Below are positions 34,338 through 45,102 of a stretch of 64,000 nt of DNA, one piece after another. The position numbers were made by a program, and so were the translations under genes. Under the pieces are notes generated by a model. The model was not told the origin of the DNA. It worked only from the letters and a program-made list of their open reading frames with translations, and ran no database searches. This DNA comes from an uncultured Pseudomonadota bacterium (GTDB lineage: Bacteria > Pseudomonadota > Alphaproteobacteria > Rhizobiales > Beijerinckiaceae): positions 143,410-207,409 of the forward strand of contig CAVYTP010000006.1 in NCBI GenBank assembly GCA_963771455.1, written 5' to 3'. Numbering within the stretch: position 1 is the stretch's first letter; the number at the start of each line of letters is the position of its first letter.

Positions 34338-35288
34338 TCACCGTCCCTTGGCGCGCAGCCGTTCCAGAAATCGCGCCCGGATAGCGGCCCTGGTGCGGAC
34401 CGCAGCGTTCGCCGACGCGGGCGTGACGGCCGAGAAGCGCACCGTCTGCCGGCTTCGCAATTGGGTGAAGCCATCGAGTTGATCCGAGATCGCCGTCGCG
34501 ATCTTGGGATATCCCCCGGTCGTTTGATGATCGGCGAGCAGCACGGTCGCGACGCCATCGCCGGCTACCTGGATAGAACCGCGGGCGATCGGCTCCGAGG
34601 GCATGTCGAGTTTGGCGGTCGGTTTGAGCAAGGGACCCGCAAGCCGCACGCCCATCCGGTCGTAGCTGTCGGTGAGCTTGAAAGGGGAGTTCAGCAATGA
34701 TTCGATGGCGTCGGGCGGAAAGAACCGATCTTGCGGGCCCAGCACGATTTTCACGTCATCCCGCGGCCGCGCCCAGACGGGGCAGGCCAGTTCGCCCGAG
34801 CGCGCTTCACGGATGTCGGCGTCGTCGATCTCGATCCGTTGTCCCGCCTTCAGCTGTCCGCCGCCGGAGCCTGAAATCGAGTGGGTCGCCGTCGCGCCGA
34901 GCCATGCCGCGGCCTGCAGGCGGCCGGCGAAAGCGAGATAGGTCCAGCTTCCCCAAAGTCCAGGACGGATCGCGAGCCGCGCCCCCGACCGGATCGTGGC
35001 GACAAACCAGGAGCCAAGCGAAATCCGGCCAAGCGAGACGGCAAAGCCGCCGCCGACGATCGCCAGCGTGACAGACCCCTCCACGCATTCCAGCGTCAAG
35101 CCGCCAACCGATATTTCCACCGCCGCGCCGGGAGAGCGCTCGCCCAGCGCGGCCTGCGCGATCTCGTAGGCCATGCGATCCATCGGTCCGGACGTCGGAA
35201 CGCCAAAGCGCATCAGGCCGGGGCGGCCGCGATCCTGGATCGTGACCAGCGGACCCGCCTGCACGACGACAAAACTGGCGCGCGCCAT
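34338..35288 (-). CDS. pxpC: 5-oxoprolinase subunit C (carboxyltransferase-like)
   Basis: GP..TIQD.GR.G...FGV..SG.MD, DRMG.RL.G, LADHQTTGGYPKIA. Confidence 0.9.
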   Translation of the reverse strand: MARASFVVVQAGPLVTIQDRGRPGLMRFGVPTSGPMDRMAYEIAQAALGERSPGAAVEISVGGLTLECVEGSVTLAIVGGGFAVSLGRISLGSWFVATIRSGARLAIRPGLWGSWTYLAFAGRLQAAAWLGATATHSISGSGGGQLKAGQRIEIDDADIREARSGELACPVWARPRDDVKIVLGPQDRFFPPDAIESLLNSPFKLTDSYDRMGVRLAGPLLKPTAKLDMPSEPIARGSIQVAGDGVATVLLADHQTTGGYPKIATAISDQLDGFTQLRSRQTVRFSAVTPASANAAVRTRAAIRARFLERLRAKGR

Positions 35289-35290
35289 AG

Positions 35291-35984
35291 CTAGCCTTTT
35301 GACAACGCGTCGAATTCGGCGCGTCCGATGCGTCGAAACTGCACGCGGTCACCGACGTCGAACAGGAACGGACGTTCCGCGTCGCCGGTCAGCACGCGCG
35401 TCGGCGAACGGCCAATGACCCACCACCCGGTCGGCATCTTCAATGTTGTGACGAGGCATTGCGGACCGGCGATGATCACCGAGCCTGCGTCGACGCCGCG
35501 CACTGGCGACAGTTTGCGCGGCAGCCGGATGGCCTCTGGTACGCCGGCGAGATACGCATAGCCCGGCGCGAATCCGTACATGAACACCTGGTATTCGCCG
35601 GTGAGATGAGCGGCGATAACTTGCTCGACGGTGAGCCCGGTTTCTCGCGCGACAGCGGGCAGATCGGGCGCCAAATCCTCCTCGTAGCAGACGAGCGCCT
35701 CGCGAATTGCGCGCTCGCGCGACTCTGCCGGCGCATTGGCGATCAAAGACTTCGACGGCGCCGCGCGCGCTGGCGGCGTCGGCGACCAGCGGATCAAACT
35801 CCACCAACAGATTTACGTAGGCTGGCACGGCCTCGCGAAAGCCGGGAAACGGCCCACGGGCCAGCGCCGCATCGAGCCGCAGCACCTCTTCATGCGCGGC
35901 GTCGCCGATCACCTCTCCAAATTCCACCAGCAAGGCGTGATCGGCAACGGCTCGAAAACGGGGAAATCCCGAGGCGTCGTTCAT
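35291..35984 (-). CDS. pxpB: 5-oxoprolinase subunit B (frameshift near 35735)
   Basis: EAVPAY..LLVEFDP, GFAPGYAYL, PTGWWVIGR. Confidence 0.88.
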
Positions 35985-36751
35985 GCCGCGGCGAGGAACG
36001 GGCGGATTTCGACGCCCTGCGCTTTCAACCGCTCACGCACCGTGCGCGCCATCGAGACTGCGAGAGGGCTGTCTCCATGCACGCAAATCGACTGCGCCTC
36101 GAGCGGGATGGAGGGTCCCTCGATCGTCGGCATCCGTCCCGTCTCGAGATAGCCGAGCAGGCGCGTCGCGGCCGCTTCGACATCCTCGATCATCGCGCCC
36201 GCGCGACTGCGCGGCACAAGCCGCCCGTTGGCGAGGTAGCCACGATCGGCAAAAATCTCGCTGAAAACCTGCAGACCGGCAGCGCGCCCGGCCGGCTCGA
36301 GCTCGGTGCCGGAGATGGCGAGCAGCGCGAGGTCCGGCGAGACGGCCTTAGTCGCCCGCGCCACAGCATCCGCAACGCCTCGTACGTCTGCGGCGAGATT
36401 GCCGAGCGCGCCGTGCGCCTTGACGTAGCGAATTTTCACGCCGGCGAGCGCGCCGACCGCCATCAGGGCGCCGATCTGCGCGGCGACCATCCGCTCGATC
36501 TCGACTTCGCGCATCGGAATCGTGCGCCGTCCAAAACCTTCGCGATCGGCGTAGCCGGGATGGGCGCCCACCACGACGCCGCGCCGACCGGCCTCTGTCA
36601 GCGTCGCAAACATTGTCTCTGGATCGCTGGCGTGTCCGCCGCAGGCGACATTGGCGCTGCTGACGAGCGCGAGCATCGCTGCATCGTCACCCATCGTCCA
36701 GGGGCCAAAGCTCTCGCCGAGGTCCGAATTGAGATCGATTGCGCGCGCCAT
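35981..36751 (-). CDS. pxpA: 5-oxoprolinase subunit A (LamB/YcsF)
   Basis: IDLNSDLGESFG, SANVACGGHA, GAHPGY.DREGFGRR, ICVHGD. Confidence 0.93.
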   Translation of the reverse strand: MARAIDLNSDLGESFGPWTMGDDAAMLALVSSANVACGGHASDPETMFATLTEAGRRGVVVGAHPGYADREGFGRRTIPMREVEIERMVAAQIGALMAVGALAGVKIRYVKAHGALGNLAADVRGVADAVARATKAVSPDLALLAISGTELEPAGRAAGLQVFSEIFADRGYLANGRLVPRSRAGAMIEDVEAAATRLLGYLETGRMPTIEGPSIPLEAQSICVHGDSPLAVSMARTVRERLKAQGVEIRPFLAAA

Positions 36752-36823
36752 GCGTCGCCTGCTCCCGCACAAGTTCGCATCAGCTTACGGGAACGCGAGG
36801 CGCGGCGCCAAGCGCCGCCGCGA

Positions 36824-37495
36824 TCAGTGCAGTTGTCGCGGCGCGTCCGGACCGCGCGCGAGGCCCATCTGGGAGATCGCGACCAGCATTTCCGCACGGG
36901 ATCGCAAGTCCGGCGCTTCGAGCAGCGCCTGCTTCTCCTTCGGGCCATAGGGGCTCATCATGGAGAGCGCGTTGACGAGCGCCTCGTTGGGCGGCCTTGC
37001 CGACATCGTCCCAGTCGACCTTCAGGCCATTCGCTTTGGCGTAGTCCTTGAGCGCGGTGACCAGCGCCATCGCGATCGACGCCGTCCTGGCCGTGCCCTT
37101 CGATGAAATCGACGCCGAAGTTGCGATAGTCGGGCCGCACGATCCGGTAGGGCGTAAGCGTAGGTCAGTTCCTCGGCCACCTGAAAGCGCGCGACGCCCA
37201 TCAGAGTCAGAAAACAGCGACCGTCGCCAATCTCCGCATATTGCACGATTCTGCCCGCGCAACCGATCGGGAACAGTTCCGGCGTGGCGCCGGTCGCCGC
37301 CTCGCCCGCTGTCGGCTGGATCATGCCGATCAGCCGCTCGCCGGTCAGCGCGTCATCGAGCATCGACAGATAGCGCGGCTCGAACACGGTCAACTGGATC
37401 GGTCGACGCGGAAGCAGCAGCGCCCCCGTCAAAGGAAACAGCGGCAGCGTCGCCGGCAGGTCGCCCGGCTCCTGGAATTGGCGATTGAGTTTCAT
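36824..37495 (-). CDS. LON peptidase N-terminal (substrate-binding) domain protein (frameshifted)
   Basis: LPLFPL.GALLLP...L.VFEPRY..M, IGMIQP, EKQALLEA. Confidence 0.87.
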
Positions 37496-37526
37496 GTGTC
37501 GATCCGCTCAGCGGCCGGAGCGCCGT

Positions 37527-38423
37527 TCAGAACCATATCGAGGAAAGTTTTCGGCGCGCCGAAACGGCGACCGGGTCCATCAGGCCCCAAGCCTCGAAGA
37601 ATTGCAGCAGTTGCTTGCGCGCCGCATCTTCGTTCCAGCGGCGGTCGCGCTTGATGATCTCGAGCAGTCGCTCCGCCGCGCCCGCCTTGTCGCCCTTGGC
37701 GTTGAGCGCCACCGCGAGGTCGAAGCGCGCCTGATGGTCGTCGGGATTGGCGGCGACCCGCGCCGTCAGACCTCCGACGTCGCCGACCGAAGCCGCCTGC
37801 TCGGCGAGTTGCACGGCCGCCAGCGCGGCCGCGACCGCGGGATGCGGCTCCTTGCCGGCCGCCGGCGCAGGCGCCATCGAAAGCACCGCCTTGGCCTGAT
37901 CGAGATCGCCCGCCTCGACATGCAGCCGCGCCAGGCCGCCGATCGCTTTCGGGTTGGTCTCCTCTTCGGTCAGCACGCGCGCATAAAGCGCCGCAGCGCC
38001 CTCGGAATCGCCAGCCGCCACGGCGGCTTCCGCCTCCGCGATGATCCCATCCGCGTCGGCCGCGAGCGGGCCGACCAGGCGCTCGATGAATCCCCGAACC
38101 TGGCTTTCCGGCACCGCGCCCATAAAACCGTCGACCGGCTGACCCTTGTCGAAAGCGATGACCGCCGGAATCGACTGGATGCCCAGCTGGCCCGCGATCT
38201 GCGGATGGTCGTCGATGTTCATTTTGACGAGCGTCACCTTGCCCTTGGAATCGGCGACGGCTTTTTCCAGCACCGGCCCGAGCTGCTTGCAGGGCCCGCA
38301 CCAGGGCGCCCAAAAGTCGACCAACACCGGCTGACGCGCCGATGCGTTGAGGACGTCCGCCTTGAAAGACGCGGTCGTAACGTCCTTGACCGCCGCGCCC
38401 TGTGCCACGCCATTCGACGCCAT
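37527..38423 (-). CDS. cnoX: Thioredoxin-TPR chaperedoxin (CnoX/YbbN)
   Basis: DFWAPWCGPCK, TPR region and C-terminal RRKLSS. Confidence 0.88.
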   Translation of the reverse strand: MASNGVAQGAAVKDVTTASFKADVLNASARQPVLVDFWAPWCGPCKQLGPVLEKAVADSKGKVTLVKMNIDDHPQIAGQLGIQSIPAVIAFDKGQPVDGFMGAVPESQVRGFIERLVGPLAADADGIIAEAEAAVAAGDSEGAAALYARVLTEEETNPKAIGGLARLHVEAGDLDQAKAVLSMAPAPAAGKEPHPAVAAALAAVQLAEQAASVGDVGGLTARVAANPDDHQARFDLAVALNAKGDKAGAAERLLEIIKRDRRWNEDAARKQLLQFFEAWGLMDPVAVSARRKLSSIWF

Positions 38424-38486
38424 TTTTTGCTGCCTTTTGCGGAAATTACGATTTCGGGCCCTACATGGGCCTTGGCGGGGAATTCT

Positions 38487-38993
38487 TCAACTTGCCGATT
38501 CGCCGAGCGCAACGACAATCGGCTCGTGCCCGGTGGCGCGCAAAAACTTCACGAGATCGACGGATGCGAGGCCGGTTGTTCTCGTGTTGACGAGCGGATG
38601 AAAGTTGAGCCGCTCGTGGCGCATCATTTCGGCGTCGAGCACCACGGTGACGCGTCCGTCGCGGTCGTTGATGGCGCCGAACGGCGTCACTGCGCCGGGC
38701 CGGACGCCCCAGACCTCTTCCAGCAACTCCGCCGAGCCGAACGAGACGCGCCCCTGGGCGCCGATCTTCTCGTGGACGCGCTTCAGATCGACGACCGTCT
38801 CCTCGCCGAGCGTCAGTAGAAAAAGGCGGCCCTTCTTGTCCTTCACAAACAGGTTCTTGGTGTGGCCGCCAGGAATTTCGCCGCGCAGTTTTTGCGAGTT
38901 TTCCACCGTGAAAAGAGGCGGATGCTCAATCGTCGCGACGGCGACGTCGAGGGTGGCCAGATAGGCAAGCAGGTCTTCAGGCGTCGCAGGCAT
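38487..38993 (-). CDS. YbaK/ProX prolyl-tRNA editing protein
   Basis: HPPLFTV, GHTKNLF.KDKKG, GV.PG.VTPF, NFHPL.N. Confidence 0.9.
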   Translation of the reverse strand: MPATPEDLLAYLATLDVAVATIEHPPLFTVENSQKLRGEIPGGHTKNLFVKDKKGRLFLLTLGEETVVDLKRVHEKIGAQGRVSFGSAELLEEVWGVRPGAVTPFGAINDRDGRVTVVLDAEMMRHERLNFHPLVNTRTTGLASVDLVKFLRATGHEPIVVALGESAS

Positions 38994-39052
38994 GTCGGGG
39001 CTCAGGGGAAAGTCGCGGGCCTTTTACCCGTTCGCGACCGCCCGCGAAACCC

Positions 39053-39751
39053 TCAAACCCGTCCGTTCACCGGCACCAACGCCCCCGTTACCGCCCGCGC
39101 CGCTTCTGAGCTGAGGAACAGGATGACGCTCGCCAGATCGCGCGGCGCGACCCAGCGCGAAAAGTCGGCTTTCGGCATGCTGGCGCGATTTCCGGGCGTG
39201 TCGATGATCGATGGCAGGATCGCGTTGACGGTAATCCCTTTGGCTTTCACCTCCTCCGCTAGGCTCTCGGTCAACCTCAGCACACCGGCCTTGCTGGCCG
39301 CATAAGCGCCAAGTCCCGCGCCCGCCTTTAGCGCCGGCCCGGCCCCGACATTGACAATCCGGCCCTCCCCGCTCTTCTCGAGATGCGGCAGCGCGGCGCG
39401 GCAGGCGTTGAATGCGGTGCGCAAGTTGATGTCGAACATGCGTTGCCACGTATCGACATCGCCGTCCGCAACCGTCTGGTAGACGAAGCCGCCGGCGATG
39501 TTGACGAGCGCGTCGACCCGCCCGAATCGCGCCGCGACCGCGTTCAGCGCGTTTTCCGCGCCCGCGGCGGAATTCAAGTCGACGCCAGGGGAAAGCATCG
39601 CCTTCGCTCCGACCGTCGCGACCAGCGCAGGCGGCGGCGCGGGTGCGACATCCAGCGCGGCGACGTCGAGCCCGGCTTCGAGAGCGGCCGCGACTACGCC
39701 AGAACCCAGAGCTCCGAATCCGCCCGTAATGACGATAACACGCGCACCCAT
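39053..39751 (-). CDS. Short-chain dehydrogenase/reductase
   Basis: TGGFGALG, NIAGG, YAASK catalytic motif. Confidence 0.9.
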   Translation of the reverse strand: MGARVIVITGGFGALGSGVVAAALEAGLDVAALDVAPAPPPALVATVGAKAMLSPGVDLNSAAGAENALNAVAARFGRVDALVNIAGGFVYQTVADGDVDTWQRMFDINLRTAFNACRAALPHLEKSGEGRIVNVGAGPALKAGAGLGAYAASKAGVLRLTESLAEEVKAKGITVNAILPSIIDTPGNRASMPKADFSRWVAPRDLASVILFLSSEAARAVTGALVPVNGRV

Positions 39752-39954
39752 CGTGGCCTCCTCCGGTCGTGGAGTAGGATGATCTCGCCGACAGGTGAAG
39801 ACAATAGGGCCTCGCCGCACCCGATGCGCGTCGCTTGCATACCTGTTGTGCAACGCACAAATTCAGCTTGCGCGCGCGATCAATCTATGGTTTTGGTCTG
39901 CTGAGTGTTTGTGAACCCGCGTTGCGCGGTCCATTTGTCGAAGCGCGTCGAACC

Positions 39955-40729
39955 ATGAGCAATTTCAACGTCGAGAGCGTCACAAGCGTGCACCACTGGA
40001 CAGATCGTCTGTTCAGTTTCCGCACCACGCGCTCGCCCGCATTCCGCTTTCGCAGCGGCCAATTCATCATGATTGGCCTGGAAACCGGCGGCAAGCCGCT
40101 GCTGCGCGCCTATTCGATCGCGAGCGCCGCTTATGCCGACGAGCTCGAGTTCTTCAGCATCAAGGTCGCCAACGGCCCGCTGACCTCGAGCCTGCAGCAT
40201 CTGCAGGAAGGCGACGCCATATCTGGTCGGCCGCAAGCCGACCGGCACGCTGCTGGTCGACAATCTGCGCGAAGGCCGCAACCTCTATCTGCTCGGCACC
40301 GGCACCGGCCTCGCGCCCTGGCTCAGCCTGATCAAGGATCCCGAGGTCTACGAGCGCTTCGAGCGCGTCATCGTCGTGCATGGCGTGCGCTGGGCGAACG
40401 AGCTCGCCTACAGCGACTACATTTCGCAGGAGCTGCCGAACGACGAGTTGATCGGCGAACTGGTGCGCGAAAAGCTCATCTACTACCCGACCGTGACGCG
40501 CGAACCGTTTCGCCATCAGGGCCGTATTTCGTTGCTGCTCGAGAACGGCAAGCTGCCGGCTGATCTCGGGCTGCCCGCCATCGACCGAGAGCAAGACCGC
40601 TTCATGTTGTGTGGCAGCCCGGCGATGCTCTCCGACATCACGAAAATCCTCGAGGCCCGAGGTTTCGAAGAGGGCAATACAGGCGAACCCGGCGACTACG
40701 TGATCGAAAAAGCGTTCGTGGAGAAATAA
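39955..40729 (+). CDS. fpr: Ferredoxin--NADP(+) reductase (frameshift near 40222)
   Basis: HHWTD.LFSF, RAYSIAS, GTGTGLAP, MLCGSP, EKAFVEK. Confidence 0.92.
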
Positions 40730-40731
40730 AG

Positions 40732-41440
40732 TCAGCGCGGCGCGCGCGAACCGTAGATTGCCGACCCGACGCGGATGTGGCGTCGCGCCCAGCTGGACGG
40801 CGAGCGGCCAATCGGCGCTCATGCCCATCGACAACTTGCTGATACCGTTGCGACGCGCAATCTCGCCAAGCAGCGCGAAATGGGGCGAGGCGAGTTCGTC
40901 GGCCGGCGGAATGCACATCAAGCCCTCAATCGTCAGGCCAAGGCTTTCGCGGCACAGGCCCAGAAATCGGTCGGCGTCTTCCGGCAGAACCCCGGCTTTT
41001 TGCGGCTCGGCGCCGGTGTTGATCTCGACCAGCAGCCGAGGCCGCCTGCCCGTTTTCGCCATCGCCTCCGCGAGCGCGACGGCGATCTTCTCGCGGTCGA
41101 CCGTCTCGATCACGTCGAACGTCTCGACGGCCTCCCGCGCCTTGTTGCTTTGCAGCGGCCCGATCAGATGAAGTTCCAGTGTCTCTCCGAGCGCCGCCGC
41201 GCGGGCGCGCAGGTCCGCAAATTTGGCCTGCGCCTCCTGCACCCGGTTCTCGCCGAACACGAGTTGACGACCCTCCTCGATCGTCGGCCACACCTCATCG
41301 GCCGAAAAGGTCTTGGAGACGGCGATAAGGGTTATGGCGTCAGGCGAACGTCCACAATCGATCGCCCGCTGCGTGATCTGAGCTCGCAGCGCTAGCAATC
41401 GTTGAACGGCGTTCGAAGGGACAGAGTCGAAGGTCGTCAT
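40732..41440 (-). CDS. yggS: YggS/PLP homeostasis protein (frameshift near the C-terminus)
   Basis: LIAVSKT, FGENRVQEA, HLIGPLQSNK, GLMCIPP, LSMGMS; IRVGSAIYG continues in another frame to a stop at 40732. Confidence 0.92.
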
Positions 41441-41549
41441 GCGAGCCGAATGGACCGCAATCGCTAGCGTGGGTCAAGTCCGCGATTTCTGCGTCCGGCT
41501 GCGATTGATTTTGCCGAACGCCGTCGATATAGAGGCCGTCTCGATCGCC

Positions 41550-41625
41550 GCTCCCATCGTCTAGCGGTCTAGGACGTCGCCCTCTCACGGCGAAAACAGG
41601 GGTTCGATTCCCCTTGGGAGCGCCA
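41550..41625 (+). tRNA. tRNA-Glu(CTC)
   Basis: GCTCCCA...TCGCC-CTCTCAC-GGCGA...GGTTCGATTCC...TGGGAGC-G-CCA; 76 nt. Confidence 0.96.
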
Positions 41626-41743
41626 ATTATTTCATAGACTTCGACTAAGTCCCGCCTCCTGAATCCGCGAATTTTTCGGACCGGTGCGGGCTTGACGGTT
41701 TGCTTGCCCAAGGCTTGCATAAATAAAATTGTTTGGGCGCACG

Positions 41744-41759
41744 ATAACCGCCGTTTAAC
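41744..41759 (+). promoter_or_regulatory. CtrA-like box
   Basis: ATAA-CCGCCGT-TTAAC, about 100 nt upstream of ATG 41858. Confidence 0.45.
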
Positions 41760-41857
41760 CAATCAGCCTCAGGCTCGCGGCTCAAACTGCCGATTGTAAG
41801 ATTTTTTGCGTTCGCTTCATGCACGGGGGCTGCGCACCAGCGACGCCACAGCCTCTA

Positions 41858-42760
41858 ATGACCAAATATGCCGCCAGACCCGTAAGCTACCAGCTCCCGC
41901 CGTGGGTTGGAAACGACGCTGCTTCCGGCGCGGCAGGGGAGCCGTCGCAGTCGGCGCGAAACCATCGCGAGGACCCTTCGTGGGCGCCCGAAACCCTTCT
42001 CGGCGGCATGCCGGACGGCGCTGCAACAATTCGATATGGAACGCCTCGGGAAGCTTCCGGGCTGACGCGCGCCACCGTCTATGCGTTCGGCGAAGCGGCC
42101 ACAAACAACTGGTTCCTGTGGAGCATCTCAGTTCTGGCGCTCATCTTCGCGACGTACAGCCTGGTGCTGGGTTTCGACAACAAGGATCAGGCGAAGTTCT
42201 TTACGGAGCGGGCCACTCAATTCGATTCGGTCACATCGCGATTGGCGGCTCTCGCAGAACGCGTTGAAGCCGCCGGCGCCACGCTTTCGCACCTGCAACT
42301 GGCAGCGCAACAGGATCGCGACGACGTCAAGCGTTCACAAGCTGCGCTCCAAGGCAACATCGCGCGCATTACCGAACGATTGAACCACTTTATTGAAGAG
42401 ACACGGGACAGGGATGCCGCGTCCGAATTGCGCCTTACGAGGTTGGAAGCCAACGAGACCGTCGCGGTTAATCAGCCGGTAGCTCCAAAGCCGAATGTTC
42501 GGGTGTCAGATCCCGAGCGCGTCCGAACTCGCCCGAGTGAGTTGAACAATTCTGAGCCTCGATCCGACCCTGCGCCCAAAGTGATTTTGAAAACGGACGC
42601 AGTGAGCGCAGCTGCGATTGCGGAAATGGAAGGTTTGGCGCCTGTTCCAGTCGACAATGTCGCCGGTTCAAAGGCGCCAAAGTCTGAAACACATCACCAC
42701 AAACGCAAACGCTCCGGGCCGTCGAAGAAATCCGTCGCGGCGCCAACCCCCGCGCCCTAG
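41858..42760 (+). CDS. Hypothetical bitopic membrane protein with coiled coil and disordered basic tail
   Basis: Single TM (WFLWSISVLALIFATYSLVLG), heptad-like region, Pro/Lys-rich C-terminus. Confidence 0.65.
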   Translation: MTKYAARPVSYQLPPWVGNDAASGAAGEPSQSARNHREDPSWAPETLLGGMPDGAATIRYGTPREASGLTRATVYAFGEAATNNWFLWSISVLALIFATYSLVLGFDNKDQAKFFTERATQFDSVTSRLAALAERVEAAGATLSHLQLAAQQDRDDVKRSQAALQGNIARITERLNHFIEETRDRDAASELRLTRLEANETVAVNQPVAPKPNVRVSDPERVRTRPSELNNSEPRSDPAPKVILKTDAVSAAAIAEMEGLAPVPVDNVAGSKAPKSETHHHKRKRSGPSKKSVAAPTPAP

Positions 42761-42800
42761 CCTGAGGCGTTCTACGCCACGCCAGTGCGCACGCTAAGCG

Positions 42801-43013
42801 TCATGCCCCTGTTGGATCCCCTTTGGCCATCATATAGAGCGCGCCCACCCCGCCAATAACGCCAAAGGCAATCAAGGTGTAATCCAGCGCCAATAGAGTT
42901 GTGGATTGCGCTTCGGTCGCCGTCGAAAGTTCGTAGACCTGCCATGCGACGACTGCTGAACACAGGGCGAGTTGTAGACCCCAGTTCTTCTTCTTCGGAC
43001 TCGTGGTCGCCAT
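42801..43013 (-). CDS. Small two-TM hypothetical protein
   Basis: 70 aa with AGGAGAG RBS and two hydrophobic helices. Confidence 0.6.
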   Translation of the reverse strand: MATTSPKKKNWGLQLALCSAVVAWQVYELSTATEAQSTTLLALDYTLIAFGVIGGVGALYMMAKGDPTGA

Positions 43014-43266
43014 GGATTACTCTCCTGACCGAATGGGTGTTCCGGCCTCGCGGTTGTCGCGCCGGGCCAAACTACACGAATAAATCAACGCCGCTGCGAA
43101 GTCGTAGACGAGGGCGAACTTACCTTACGGGATGAAGAAAGCGATGGTGAAGACCCCCAAGGGGGCTTTTGCTCATGAGTCCTCTGCGCTGGTTCTTGAC
43201 GCAACGATCCACATCCGGAATGGAAGGTGAAACCGCGCGCTGCGGTCAAAAACAGGGGGAATCGCC

Positions 43267-43635
43267 TTGCTGAAATTGGTGACGGGTTGCGCTTTGGCCG
43301 TTTTGCTTTCCACAGCGGCGTTCGCCGCCGACGCCAACGGCGAATGGCTGAGAGACGACGGCGTGACGAAGGTGCGCTTCAGCCCTTGCGGCGCGGCCTT
43401 ATGCGGCTCGATTTCCTGGCTCAAAGATCCGAATGGCCCGGCCAAGGTTGGTCAACAGGTGTTCTTTGACATGGCGCCGAATGGCGCGAACACGTGGGCT
43501 GGAAAGGCCTTCAATCCCGACGACGGCAAGACCTATGCGGGCAAGATGTCGCTGTCCGAGAACAAGCTCACGACGGCGGGCTGCGTCCTTGGAGGGTTGA
43601 TCTGCAAATCCTTCGTCTGGACGCGCGTGCATTAA
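43267..43635 (+). CDS. DUF2147 domain secreted protein
   Basis: Signal peptide, G.W...V.F.PCG.ALCG.I.W, W.G..FNP.DGKTY, GC..GG.IC....WTR. Confidence 0.88.
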   Translation: MLKLVTGCALAVLLSTAAFAADANGEWLRDDGVTKVRFSPCGAALCGSISWLKDPNGPAKVGQQVFFDMAPNGANTWAGKAFNPDDGKTYAGKMSLSENKLTTAGCVLGGLICKSFVWTRVH

Positions 43636-43714
43636 GACGTTCAACTGCGCTGCAAAATCGGCTTCGCCCGCTCGTGAAGCCGAGTTTTCCGTTGCGCTGA
43701 AGATTTGGCTAGGC

Positions 43715-44056
43715 TCAGCGCGCCGTCGCCGCCTCTAGGTTGCCGATCTCGTCGGCAGCCGCGGCGCGCATCTTTTCTTCGGCCGCGCGGTAGAGCGCAA
43801 CGATACGCTCGCCGGAGGGGGTTAGCGCCGCCCCTCCGCCGCGCGCCCCGCCAGGATGGGCGGTAACCAGCGGCTCTCCGAACGATTTGTTCAGGTCTTC
43901 CACCAACAGCCACGCGCGCCGATACGACATTTGATGCGCGCGACCGGCGGCGGAGATTGAGCCGGTCTTCCGGATCGCTTCCAGCAGCGCGATCTTGCCG
44001 GGACCGAGACGCCGGTCGGCATCGAAATCAAAGCGCACGGTCACGCGCAGCGGCAT
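43715..44056 (-). CDS. ModE-type winged-helix regulator (N-terminal domain only)
   Basis: LGPGKIALLEAI..TGSISAAGR...MSYRRAW and GGGA.LT. Confidence 0.88.
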   Translation of the reverse strand: MPLRVTVRFDFDADRRLGPGKIALLEAIRKTGSISAAGRAHQMSYRRAWLLVEDLNKSFGEPLVTAHPGGARGGGAALTPSGERIVALYRAAEEKMRAAAADEIGNLEAATAR

Positions 44057-44067
44057 TGCTGAACACC

Positions 44068-44925
44068 TCAACCAGAGTGAGCGTAGGCCCAGTAGAGTTC
44101 GCGCGCCTTACGAAACGAGGGGCCAGGCTGCAAGTCGCGGTCATCGATGCGGCGCACCGGGCTCACCTTGCCGTAGTTGCCGACGACAAAGATTTCGTCG
44201 GCGGTTTCAAAATCGGCATAACTCAAGGTCGACTCTTCGACAGCTGCGCCGGAGGCTTTGAGCAGCTTCAGCACCCGCTGCCGGGTCACACCGTTGAGGA
44301 ACGAGCCATTTGCGAACGGCGTCCTGATGACGCCATCCTTCGCCATGAACACGTTGGCGGTCGCGAGTTCCGCAACGTTGCCGAGCATGTCGAACAGGAT
44401 GCAATTGTCGAAGCCTCGGGTGCGCGCCTCCATCAGCGCTCGCGCGTTGTTCGGATACAAGCAACCGGCCTTAGCCTCGGTCGGCATCGTCATCGACAGC
44501 GGCTTGGCGTAGGGCGAGCGGGTGATCGCCACTCCCGACGGCCCTGTCAGCGGCGCCTCGTAGATGGTCAGCAGAAAACGGGTGGATTCCGGATCGGGCG
44601 GGACGGAGCCTACTCCGTTGCGCTCGGCCCAGTACATCGGACGGATATAGAGCTCCGCGCCTGGCTTGAATTTCTTCAATCCTTCCCGCGCCAGCTCCAT
44701 CATCGCCTCGACGCTCATGATCGGCTTCAGCCACATCGTCTTGGCCGAACGGTTGAGCCGGGCGCAGTGCTGATCAAGATCGGGCGCGACGCCCTCGAAC
44801 GCGCGGGCGCCATCGAACACGCTCGATCCGAGCCAAAACGCGTGGCTGCGCGGGCCCAGCACCGGGCGGTTGCCCTCGAACCACTCGCCGTCGAGAAAGG
44901 TATGCGTTTCCGTCCACGCGGTCAT
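44068..44925 (-). CDS. Class IV (branched-chain-type) aminotransferase
   Basis: VFDGARAF, H..RL..SA, LYIRP, KAGCLY, E.ATANVF, LNGVTR. Confidence 0.9.
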   Translation of the reverse strand: MTAWTETHTFLDGEWFEGNRPVLGPRSHAFWLGSSVFDGARAFEGVAPDLDQHCARLNRSAKTMWLKPIMSVEAMMELAREGLKKFKPGAELYIRPMYWAERNGVGSVPPDPESTRFLLTIYEAPLTGPSGVAITRSPYAKPLSMTMPTEAKAGCLYPNNARALMEARTRGFDNCILFDMLGNVAELATANVFMAKDGVIRTPFANGSFLNGVTRQRVLKLLKASGAAVEESTLSYADFETADEIFVVGNYGKVSPVRRIDDRDLQPGPSFRKARELYWAYAHSG

Positions 44926-45102
44926 GGCGAGCTCATTCGATAGGCAAACCTGCGGACGGGAGACTAGGCCTTAAGCTGTGAGCGATAAAGTGCCTGCGCG
45001 CGACTTCGAAGGAATTTGTGGGTTTTCGGCGGCCAAATGGTAACTGCCGGATTTCATCTGCCGCGTTGCCGCGGCAGGCCGGAAGGAGGTAGAAGAGCGC
45101 AA

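Noticed and set aside
40200-40240. Programmed frameshifting in fpr (also ftsE, pepP, proA)
   Set aside because: No slippery heptamer with a downstream structure seen; single indels match the window-wide error pattern.
34207-41625. Prophage or integrative element at either tRNA
   Set aside because: No integrase, phage genes or duplicated tRNA 3' end (att) seen in the window.
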